Shown: piece after piece, positions 28,952-36,843 of the stretch
Layout of the letters: the number at the start of each line of letters is the position of its first letter
Position numbering within the stretch: the first letter of the stretch is position 1
Source: Candidatus Saccharimonadales bacterium
GTDB taxonomy: Bacteria; Patescibacteriota; Saccharimonadia; Saccharimonadales; JACDFO01
Assembly (NCBI GenBank): GCA_038255465.1
Contig: JBBSLJ010000003.1
Location: forward strand, 285 to 64,284
Length of the DNA stretch: 64,000 bases
Reading direction: 5' to 3'
Translations under genes and position numbers: made by a program
The notes under the pieces: model-generated
The model's input: only the letters and a program-made list of their open reading frames with translations
Told to the model about the DNA's origin: nothing
Databases searched by the model: none

Positions 28952-29100
28952 TCTACATTGACCGCCCTAGGCCAACATGTAATAAGAATGAGTGAGGGTA
29001 CCATAAGCAAAAAGTAACTAATTAGAGGGGGAACAACCTGCCGTACGCGGATGGTTTGTTTTATTGGCTTGCATTTATAACGTAATTTTGTAAGGATAGT

Positions 29101-30234
29101 ATGACAAAGTTCCAAACTATTAAACAAAAAATCCCAATCATGAAAACAAAAACCCAGCAGCTAGTCAAACTATTTTTTATACCCGTTATCGCAGTTACGC
29201 TGTCACTCGGTGGGCTTGTTGGTGCCGAGACTTTTCAATCGCAAATTAATAACCTTAATACGCAAAACAGTGGCTTGCAGGCTCAGCGCCAGGACTTGCT
29301 GCAAGAGGCCGAGAGCCTAGAAGCAGTAATTTCAAGTCTGGGATCTCAGATTGCAGAGTTGCAAAGCCAGATCAACAACAATCAGGCCAAAATGGTCGAC
29401 TTGAAGCGTCAAATAATAGAAGCAGAAGCCGAAATAGTTCGTCAACAAGAGCTGATGGGCGATAGCATTCGTGCGATGTATCTTGAAGGTGACATATCTA
29501 CCCTTGAAATATTGGCATCGAGCAAAGATCTCAGCGAATATTTAGACCGCGAACAGTATCGCAACGAAGTCCAGAATAAGGTAAAAACAACACTCGATAG
29601 AATACGTGAACTACGTGAGCAGCTTGAAGCTCAAAAATTGGAAATAGAAAAGATTTTAGCTGATCAACGGGCCATTCAGGTGCAACTTGATGTTCAGCGC
29701 GGCGAGCAGTCGCGGCTATTATCTCTAAATGAGGGCCAGCGTAGCAGCTTAAGTAGCCAGATAAAATCCAATACTGGCAAAATTGCCGACCTAAGGCGTC
29801 AGCAGGCAGCAGCTAACGCGCGACTTTTTGGCAGCCGGGGTACTATTAATGTGCCGGACACGACAGGCTATCCGTGGGCAAATGTGTCTTTTCCAAACAC
29901 CGTTTCTGATCCATGGGGGATGTACAAGCGCCAATGTGTCAGCTATACCGCTTGGAAGGTCTGGAAAAGCGGCCGACACATGCCGTTCTGGGGCGGCCGC
30001 GGCAACGCAAACCAGTGGGATGACAATGCCCGCGCTGCCGGTATACCCGTAGATGGCAGTCCTCGCGTCGGTGACATTGCAGTTAGCAATAGTGGCTACT
30101 ACGGCCACGTTATGTATGTTGAGGCCGTCTACGACGACGGAACAATCTATGTCAGTCAGTACAATGCCAACTGGGGCGGCACATACTCGGAAGCTCGAGT
30201 TAACATCGGCAGTTTAGTCTTCATACATTTTTAA
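29101..30234 (+). CDS. coiled-coil + CHAP domain peptidoglycan hydrolase (PcsB-like), paralog 1
   Basis: Signal/TM, then ~230 aa of heptad-rich Q/E/L coiled coil, then C-terminal CHAP (QCVSYTAWKV ... GHVMYVEAV). It lies directly downstream of ftsEX. Confidence 0.8.
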   Translation: MTKFQTIKQKIPIMKTKTQQLVKLFFIPVIAVTLSLGGLVGAETFQSQINNLNTQNSGLQAQRQDLLQEAESLEAVISSLGSQIAELQSQINNNQAKMVDLKRQIIEAEAEIVRQQELMGDSIRAMYLEGDISTLEILASSKDLSEYLDREQYRNEVQNKVKTTLDRIRELREQLEAQKLEIEKILADQRAIQVQLDVQRGEQSRLLSLNEGQRSSLSSQIKSNTGKIADLRRQQAAANARLFGSRGTINVPDTTGYPWANVSFPNTVSDPWGMYKRQCVSYTAWKVWKSGRHMPFWGGRGNANQWDDNARAAGIPVDGSPRVGDIAVSNSGYYGHVMYVEAVYDDGTIYVSQYNANWGGTYSEARVNIGSLVFIHF

Positions 30235-30237
30235 AAC

Positions 30238-30500
30238 CATTTCGGCGCTACTTCGTAGCTCTCCCGACCAACTTTTGACAGCAAAAGTTGGGCAAAACTG
30301 CTGGGCCACTTCAGCTCTTGATGACTTCGCTGTCAAAACTACAAGGCTCGGAGAACTCAGGCCTTGCTTTCATACTTGGGATAGCAAGGCCTTCAAACAA
30401 GCTCCTCGCAACTACTTGTAGTTATTGACACTCAGGCATCAGGAGCTTCCGCCATGCCCAGACACCAACCCCCATGGCCATTTGGCTAAAGACGAAATGT
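30238..30500 (+). repeat. left copy of a ~262-nt structured inverted-repeat element
   Basis: It is the reverse complement of 31345-31605, with two near-identical blocks (59/62 and 58/63 nt) and covarying hairpins between them. See finding. Confidence 0.85.
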
Positions 30501-30542
30501 ATTTATATTCGCAAAAGAACAGGGAGAGTATACTCTTTATAA

Positions 30543-30737
30543 ATGGGAGATATTGTAAACATGAAGCTGAATTCATCAGAACTAGTAATAAAATTGGCTG
30601 ACGCTGCGAGTCAAATTGTCAGTCGAGATGATACACAGTACTATGCACAAGAAACTGTCGAGGCGCATTTACGGAAGTCGCCTCGTACTAACACCTTAAA
30701 GTCGTCAATCGGAGACCTGGAAGAACTTTTAAAATGA
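30543..30737 (+). CDS. hypothetical small protein (64 aa; alternative start 30561)
   Basis: ORF with TATACT 8 nt upstream. Its stop overlaps the next gene's start (ATGA). No motif recognised. Confidence 0.4.
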   Translation: MGDIVNMKLNSSELVIKLADAASQIVSRDDTQYYAQETVEAHLRKSPRTNTLKSSIGDLEELLK

Positions 30738-31339
30738 GTGAGATTAAAGCCATTGGGTTTGATTGGGGCGGGGTGTTAAATGGCAGACCTGGGAAGTTTT
30801 TTGGTCAGAGTGTAGCTACACTGCTGGGCATTTCTTATCAACAATATCTAGATGCTTATTTTAAGCATAACAAAAAGGTCAACCGAGGCGAAGTGACATG
30901 GGAAGAGCTGTGGACGCTTGTGCTGACAGATTTGGGTAAGCGAGATAAAGTGCATGCAATCATGAAGTTGAGTCAGGAAGCAAACGCTGAAAGGCTGAAC
31001 CAAGATGTTTTGGATTTGGCAGACAAACTTCGTGCCCTGGGATATAAAATAGGCTTATTGAGCAATAACACCCACGAAAAAGCTGCCAGTATGAGACAGA
31101 CTGGCCTAGATAAACACTTTGACGTCTTTCATATTTCTGCAGAAACGGGCTTGGTAAAACCTGAACCACATGCCTTTACTCACTTCTCAGAGGAGCTGGG
31201 CGTTAAGCCAAGCGAGTTAGTGTTTATAGATGATTCCGAAAAAAGCCTAAGCACCGCCACAGAAGTTGGGTTTACGTCAATACTATTCGATACCTATGAA
31301 GAACTAATCCAAGACCTAACGAATTTAAAAATAATTTAA
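30734..31339 (+). CDS. HAD superfamily hydrolase (subfamily IA-like phosphatase)
   Basis: Motif I FDWGGVL, motif II LLSNN and motif IV FIDDSEK. Confidence 0.75.
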   Translation: MSEIKAIGFDWGGVLNGRPGKFFGQSVATLLGISYQQYLDAYFKHNKKVNRGEVTWEELWTLVLTDLGKRDKVHAIMKLSQEANAERLNQDVLDLADKLRALGYKIGLLSNNTHEKAASMRQTGLDKHFDVFHISAETGLVKPEPHAFTHFSEELGVKPSELVFIDDSEKSLSTATEVGFTSILFDTYEELIQDLTNLKII

Positions 31340-31344
31340 TTAAC

Positions 31345-31605
31345 ACATTTTGTCTTTAGCGAAATGGCCGTGGGGGTTGGGGTCTGGGCATGGCGAAAGC
31401 TCCTGATACGTGAATGGCAAAGCCACAATAGACAGCGAAAGATTATTTGAAGCCCGCCATCCCAAGTAACAGGGCGGGCTGAGTTCCTTGAGCGTTGTGG
31501 CGCTTGACAATGAACGTCTCAAGAGCTGGAGTGGCCCAGCAGTTTTGTCCAACTTTTGCTGTCAAAAGGTGGTCGGGAGAGGTCGCCGTGGCGACCGTCG
31601 AAATG
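31345..31605 (-). repeat. right copy (inverted) of the ~262-nt structured element
   Basis: See 30238-30500. It sits between the HAD gene stop and the promoter of the second PcsB-like gene. Confidence 0.85.
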
Positions 31606-31633
31606 ATTTAGTTCTTGAGATTCAACAGGGGGG

Positions 31634-31662
31634 TTGAAAATGGTTGTGGTTTTTGATATAAT
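31634..31662 (+). promoter_or_regulatory. sigma70-type promoter of PcsB-like paralog 2
   Basis: TTGAAA (31634-31639), a 17-nt spacer, then TATAAT (31657-31662). It lies 27 nt upstream of the ATG at 31689. Confidence 0.6.
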
Positions 31663-31688
31663 GTGGTTGTCATTAACTAAAATTAAAC

Positions 31689-32873
31689 ATGACAAACAAA
31701 AAGCAAAAAATATTACCTAAACCTATACATGGCCTACTGCTACTCATTTTAGTAGCAGGTTTTGTCGTTTCGCCTCTGTCAAAAACCGTTAGGGCAGACC
31801 GTTTTAGCGACCAAATCAATGAGCTTAAAAACCAAAATACTCAAAATGAACAATCCGTTAAGGCTCTCCAGGTTGAAGCCGGCAATATTGCCGAAGTAAT
31901 TGCGGGATTACAAACTCAAATAAATGGCCTCCAGGATCAGATAAATGCCAACCAAGCCAAGTCAGACGAACTGGCCCGCCAAATTACTGAAGCTGAAATT
32001 GAACTGGACAAGCAGAAGAACCTGATGGGCCAGAATATTCGGGCTATGTATTTAGAGGGTGATATTACTACGCTTGAAATGCTGGCTTCTAGCAAAGATC
32101 TTAGTGAATTTATCGACAGGCAACAGTACCGCGATGCGGTAAAGGACAAAATTAAGTCCACGCTAGACCGTATTAGCATCTTAAAAGCTCAGCTGAATAC
32201 CGCTAAAGAAGAGACTGAACGTCTGATTCAAGAAGATAATGTCCTAAAAGCCCAGGCAGACGCGAATAAGGCTGAACAGAGGCGACTTCTAGGGTTTAAC
32301 CAAGCCCAACAGAGCGAGTACAACAAACAGATTAAGGAAAACAAGGCGCAGATTACTGAACTGAAGCGCCAACAGGTACTTGAAAACATCCGTCTTTTTG
32401 GTGCGGGTGGGGCTCCCGGCATTCCTGGCGGTGGCGGCTATCCGTGGGGTAACGCCTATTGTGTCCATACCAATAAGGTTAGTGGCCCTTGTGATAACTA
32501 CGACTGGTACTTCAGGGGCGGTCCATGGGACGTTTGGGGTTACGGCTACCGCAACTGCACGTCATGGGTGGCATATAAATTGGCTGCCGATGGCAAAACC
32601 GGTTTTAGCTACCTTGGAAATGCAGCAGACTGGCCAAGCGCAGCTGCGGCCCGTGGCTATAAAGTTAGTTATGGAAGCGGTGCACGGGTTGGTGACGCGG
32701 CGGTTAACCCGAATGGTTACTATGGCCATGTAATGTACGTCGAGGCAGTATTTGACGATGGCCGAGTGGTCGTAAGCGACTATAACCGACTTGGAGACGG
32801 CTTGTATCGTGGGCCTGAGGGAAATAGTGCAGGGGTAATTAATCAAAGCGGTTTGGTGTTTATAAGCTTCTAA
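31689..32873 (+). CDS. coiled-coil + CHAP domain peptidoglycan hydrolase (PcsB-like), paralog 2
   Basis: Same architecture as 29101-30234. They share IRAMYLEGDI(S/T)TLE(I/M)LASSKDLSE and GYYGHVMYVEAV. The CHAP Cys context is NCTSWVAYKL. Confidence 0.8.
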   Translation: MTNKKQKILPKPIHGLLLLILVAGFVVSPLSKTVRADRFSDQINELKNQNTQNEQSVKALQVEAGNIAEVIAGLQTQINGLQDQINANQAKSDELARQITEAEIELDKQKNLMGQNIRAMYLEGDITTLEMLASSKDLSEFIDRQQYRDAVKDKIKSTLDRISILKAQLNTAKEETERLIQEDNVLKAQADANKAEQRRLLGFNQAQQSEYNKQIKENKAQITELKRQQVLENIRLFGAGGAPGIPGGGGYPWGNAYCVHTNKVSGPCDNYDWYFRGGPWDVWGYGYRNCTSWVAYKLAADGKTGFSYLGNAADWPSAAAARGYKVSYGSGARVGDAAVNPNGYYGHVMYVEAVFDDGRVVVSDYNRLGDGLYRGPEGNSAGVINQSGLVFISF

Positions 32874-32896
32874 CAGTAAGCTCTACTATTTGGAAT

Positions 32897-33274
32897 ATGC
32901 AGCAAAGTAAACAAAAAGCCACAGTTTGGGTCATTATAGCTTTTGTGAGTGGTTACTTATGGGTTATGGCGCTTGGAAATAGTATATTTCCACCGATAGA
33001 TGTTACTCCCCCAGCACATTCACAAAGAATAGTTAATGGTCAAATCATAAACTATGACAAAAACGGACGCTCTATTAAGCCTGCATATCAAAGTAATCCG
33101 ATAAACATGCTAGTTAGGATATTCGCGGGCTTACTATTTATTGTTGCGTATTGGCAGATACTCGGCTTAGTAATTCCAATGCCAGGGGTACGGTTGATTG
33201 TTTTCCTGGTTAGTATTCCAATCGGATATATGGTCTTTGTTGCGATGGCTTTCGCAACTATTTTCGGCAATTAG
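32897..33274 (+). CDS. hypothetical small membrane protein (3 TM)
   Basis: Hydrophobic helices, a TACTAT box 7 nt upstream of the ATG, and a strong terminator downstream. Confidence 0.5.
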   Translation: MQQSKQKATVWVIIAFVSGYLWVMALGNSIFPPIDVTPPAHSQRIVNGQIINYDKNGRSIKPAYQSNPINMLVRIFAGLLFIVAYWQILGLVIPMPGVRLIVFLVSIPIGYMVFVAMAFATIFGN

Positions 33275-33305
33275 TTGTTAGATACTACACTAGCCTTAAA
33301 ATTCC

Positions 33306-33342
33306 AAAACTGAGATAATGAATTGTCATTATCTCAGTTTTC
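33306..33342 (+). terminator. rho-independent terminator
   Basis: AAAACTGAGATAATG-aattgt-CATTATCTCAGTTTT hairpin with a T-run. Confidence 0.75.
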
Positions 33343-33356
33343 TATTGGAGGATTAG

Positions 33357-34589
33357 TTGGAAGAGTCTACTACTAGCGAGAATATACATACTAAAAAGCA
33401 GAAATTTACGTTTGCCCAACTTATTAGTGGCGGTTTTGTTGCGGTTGTAATCTTTGCACTTGGCGTGGGTGTTGGAAGCGGACGAATTAATGTCGGTCCA
33501 GACGCTGCGCTTAAGAACAATCAGAACAAGGAGTTGCCAGCAGATCTTGACTACCAAACCGTCGAGCAAGTCTACGATTCTATAAAAGCGAATTATGACG
33601 GCGAGCTAACCACACAAGAATTACTGGATGGCTTAAAAGAAGGTTTGGCTAAATCAACCGGTGACCCATACACGGAATTTCTGAACCAAAAAGCTGCCAA
33701 GGAATTTGACGAAGGTCTTAACGGTACATTTAGCGGCATTGGTGCAGAGCTTAGTAAAGACAAGGAATTTATTAGTATTGTTTCGCCAATCGCCGGTTAT
33801 CCAGCCGAACGAGCAGGGCTGAGGCCAAAAGATATCATTACTGAAATTAACGGCGAGCCAGCTTTTGACCTTAGTGTTAGCGAAGCGGTCAGCAAAATCC
33901 GCGGCGAAGTGGGTACAAAAGTTAAACTTAAAATTGTTCGAGAAAACAGCGAACCGTTAGAATTTGAAATCACCAGAGAACAGATCAATATTCCAAGCGT
34001 AGAAAATGAAATTTTAGAAGGCAATATTGGATACTTAAAAATTTCACGCTTTGGTGATGACACGGCTCCATTAAGCCGGGAAGCGGCACAAAAATTCAAG
34101 AAGGCGAATGTTCGGGGCGTCATTCTAGACGTACGCGGCAACCCCGGCGGCTTGCTTGATTCGTCGGTTGAAGTCGCCAGTTTGTGGCTGGACGGGGGCG
34201 ATAAAGTTCTCGAAGAAAAACGCGGCGGTGAAGTGGTTAAATCTTTTAACGCAACTGGCAGGCCAATCTTAAATGGCATTCCGACGGTTGTGCTGATAAA
34301 CGAGGGCTCCGCCTCGGCCTCAGAAATTATCGCCGGAGCGCTCAAAGACAACAATGCAGCAACCCTTATAGGAGAGAAGACCTTTGGCAAGGGAAGCGTA
34401 CAGTCGCTTGTCCGCCTTGGTGACGGCGCGGTCCTTAAGGTTACGATTGCCCGCTGGTTCACGCCTGGCGGCAAAAACATAGATAAAGAAGGCATTGAAC
34501 CTGACCAAAAAGTAGAACGAACAGAAGAAGACTTTACGGCCAAGCGCGACCCCCAAAAAGACGCCGCCCTGAATTTTTTGAAAAAATAG
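33357..34589 (+). CDS. S41 C-terminal processing peptidase with PDZ domain
   Basis: GSASASEI (Ser nucleophile) and TFGKGSVQ (Lys), with a PDZ segment and an N-terminal TM. TTG start with a GGAGGA SD. Confidence 0.85.
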   Translation: MEESTTSENIHTKKQKFTFAQLISGGFVAVVIFALGVGVGSGRINVGPDAALKNNQNKELPADLDYQTVEQVYDSIKANYDGELTTQELLDGLKEGLAKSTGDPYTEFLNQKAAKEFDEGLNGTFSGIGAELSKDKEFISIVSPIAGYPAERAGLRPKDIITEINGEPAFDLSVSEAVSKIRGEVGTKVKLKIVRENSEPLEFEITREQINIPSVENEILEGNIGYLKISRFGDDTAPLSREAAQKFKKANVRGVILDVRGNPGGLLDSSVEVASLWLDGGDKVLEEKRGGEVVKSFNATGRPILNGIPTVVLINEGSASASEIIAGALKDNNAATLIGEKTFGKGSVQSLVRLGDGAVLKVTIARWFTPGGKNIDKEGIEPDQKVERTEEDFTAKRDPQKDAALNFLKK

Positions 34590-34645
34590 CTGTTTTGTAG
34601 CGCGATTTCATATGGTAGAGTAAAGAGCATAAAAGAGAGGCGTGA

Positions 34646-36244
34646 GTGGCAAAACCCACTAAATATGTGTTTGTAACAGGTGGTGTGCTTTCCGGGGTAG
34701 GAAAGGGTATCACCGCCGCCTCAATCGGAAACCTTTTAAAGGCCCGCGGCCTAAAGGTAAATATTCAGAAGTGCGATCCTTATCTTAATGTTGACGCCGG
34801 CACACTTAATCCGGCCGAGCATGGTGAATGCTATGTAACTACTGATGGCGCCGAAACCGATCTGGATCTTGGTCATTACGAGCGGTTTTTAGACCAGGAG
34901 CTAACCCAAAGCAGCTCGCTTATGAGCGGCCGCATACTTATGAAGGTCATTAGTGACGAACGTCACGGCAAATACCTGGGCAAAACCGTCCAGTTTATTC
35001 CGCACGTAACCCAGGCCAGCCAAGTGGAGATTCAAAAAGCGGCCGAAGGCTTTGACGTCCATATTGTCGAAATCGGCGGCACCGTAGGCGATTATGAGGG
35101 TCTAAGTTTTCTCGAAGCAATCCGTGAGTTAGCCCAAAAGGTAGGCCGCGAAAACTGCGTCTTTGTGCATGTCGTATATATGCCGTACCTGGGCGCCAGC
35201 CAAGAGGTAAAAACCAAGCCGGCCCAAAACGCCGTCCGTGAACTCAGAGGCTTGGGTATCGTGCCGGATGTGCTGGTGGCTCGATCAGAAGTCGCTGCGC
35301 CAAAAAGCGTCATTAATAAACTGAGCCTTTTCTCGGGCGTGGCGCCTGAAGCCATAGCCTTACTGCCAAACGCTGAAACTATATATGAAGTGCCGCTGAC
35401 TCTTGAAGATACAGGAATCGCTGAAGTGATTGCTAGGCGTCTAAAACTTATGATTGATAAGCCGCACCTCAAAGATTGGCGTGATGTCGTTAAGCGCGCA
35501 ACAACTAAATATAAAAAGTCGGTAACAGTCGGTGTTGTTGCCAAATACATGGACAACACTGATACATATATGTCGGTTTTTGAGGCGCTCAGAAGCGCCG
35601 CCTGGTGGAATGACGTAAACCTCAAAATACGCTGGGTAGACGCCGAAACTATTGATGACAACACGGCAAGTATTACAGAAACGCTAGCCGGCCTTGATGG
35701 CATAGTCGTCCCGGGCGGTTTTGGTAAGCGCGGGCTCGAGGGCAAAATCAAGGCGGCCCAGCATGCGCTTGAACACAAGCTGCCATACCTGGGCCTATGT
35801 CTAGGGCTTCAAATGGCCGTGATTGCTGCAGCGCGTGCCGGCGGCTTAAAACAAGCTACAACGGCCGAGCTTGACCCGGATGGCGCGGATTTGGTTATCA
35901 ACACGATGGAAGATCAAAAAGGCAAAGAAAACACCGGCGGCACCATGCGTCTCGGCAACTACGACTGTGTGCTTCAAAAAGACAGTTTGGCAGCCAGACT
36001 CTACGGCACAACTGAAATAGTTGAAAGGCACCGGCATCGTTACGAATGCAACAATGCTTACCGAGGTGAGTACGAGTCATGGGGAATCAAACCAGTGGGT
36101 ATTAACCCGAAAAACAACCTAGTAGAGGTTATTGAAGGGGTTGATCATCCGTTCTTCATGGCCAGCCAGTACCATCCTGAGTTCAAATCCCGCCCGAATC
36201 GTCCGCACCCGATGTTCGACGGTTTCATTAAGGCTCTTTTGTAG
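34646..36244 (+). CDS. pyrG: CTP synthase
   Basis: KYVFVTGGVLSGVGKGI N-terminus and a GATase domain (GLCLGLQ, HRHRYE). GTG start. Confidence 0.95.
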   Translation: MAKPTKYVFVTGGVLSGVGKGITAASIGNLLKARGLKVNIQKCDPYLNVDAGTLNPAEHGECYVTTDGAETDLDLGHYERFLDQELTQSSSLMSGRILMKVISDERHGKYLGKTVQFIPHVTQASQVEIQKAAEGFDVHIVEIGGTVGDYEGLSFLEAIRELAQKVGRENCVFVHVVYMPYLGASQEVKTKPAQNAVRELRGLGIVPDVLVARSEVAAPKSVINKLSLFSGVAPEAIALLPNAETIYEVPLTLEDTGIAEVIARRLKLMIDKPHLKDWRDVVKRATTKYKKSVTVGVVAKYMDNTDTYMSVFEALRSAAWWNDVNLKIRWVDAETIDDNTASITETLAGLDGIVVPGGFGKRGLEGKIKAAQHALEHKLPYLGLCLGLQMAVIAAARAGGLKQATTAELDPDGADLVINTMEDQKGKENTGGTMRLGNYDCVLQKDSLAARLYGTTEIVERHRHRYECNNAYRGEYESWGIKPVGINPKNNLVEVIEGVDHPFFMASQYHPEFKSRPNRPHPMFDGFIKALL

Positions 36245-36284
36245 CAGTTTGCAATAGTTTATAGCGTGAGGTAGCATAAACAGT

Positions 36285-36701
36285 ATGGACGAACAACAAA
36301 CCAACCAATCACTTGCACAGCCAGCTGGGCATGCAAAGAAAATTTTACTCGTAGAGGACGACGACGCTCTAGCCAGTGTCTATCAAACCCGGCTTGACGC
36401 TGAAGGCTTCGATATCAAGCGTGTCCCGAACGGCGAGGACGCCCTGGCCGCCGCATTAGCATATAAGCCGGATCTTATCCTGCTCGATGTCATGATGCCT
36501 AAAGTCAGTGGTTTTGACGTGCTTGACATCTTAAGAAACACACCAGAGACCACCAACGTCAAAATCATTATGTTAACTGCCCTAAGTCAGGACAGTGACC
36601 GTGAACGCGCGCAATCTATGGGGGTTGACGATTACTTAGTAAAATCTCAGGTCGTCATTGCAGACGTAGTAGACAAAATCAAAGCCCACCTAAACGTATA
36701 A
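36285..36701 (+). CDS. stand-alone response regulator receiver domain (canonical)
   Basis: EDDD acidic pocket, LILLDVMMP phospho-Asp, LTA and YLVKS Lys are all present. Confidence 0.8.
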   Translation: MDEQQTNQSLAQPAGHAKKILLVEDDDALASVYQTRLDAEGFDIKRVPNGEDALAAALAYKPDLILLDVMMPKVSGFDVLDILRNTPETTNVKIIMLTALSQDSDRERAQSMGVDDYLVKSQVVIADVVDKIKAHLNV

Positions 36702-36722
36702 CACAGAGTCATAAGCAAATAA

Positions 36723-36747
36723 TAAAAGTCCACGCATGGTGGACTTT
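36723..36747 (+). terminator. rho-independent terminator
   Basis: AAAAGTCCAC-gcatg-GTGGACTTTT. Confidence 0.7.
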
Positions 36748-36843
36748 TAAGTGTACGCGCCCATAAACGATTAACCGCTAAACAGATTATTGACTAATAA
36801 GAGAATTCATGCTAATATTGTATTTGTAAACAGAAAAACAAAT

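Noticed and set aside
28952-29100. Possible riboswitch upstream of the first CHAP hydrolase (GGGGGAACAACC...)
   Set aside because: It contains only a weak hairpin that is better read as the ftsX terminator. No recognisable riboswitch consensus is present.
31340-31552. 70-aa minus-strand ORF inside the right repeat copy
   Set aside because: The equivalent frame in the left copy is closed by a stop near 30426-30428, yet the downstream block stays conserved. The conservation is therefore not explained by this ORF.
31345-31605. Idea that the right repeat is a riboswitch or leader (for example c-di-AMP/ydaO type) for the second CHAP hydrolase
   Set aside because: A strong TTGAAA-17-TATAAT promoter lies downstream of the repeat (31634-31662), so the repeat is outside that 5' UTR. 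I also could not find the ydaO-type consensus.
33797-34630. 277-aa minus-strand ORF
   Set aside because: It is entirely antisense to the well-supported S41 peptidase gene. Its S/P/R/L-rich composition is typical of shadow frames, and it has no motifs.
35092-35778. 228-aa minus-strand ORF
   Set aside because: It is antisense to pyrG, whose identity is unambiguous. It has a shadow-frame composition.
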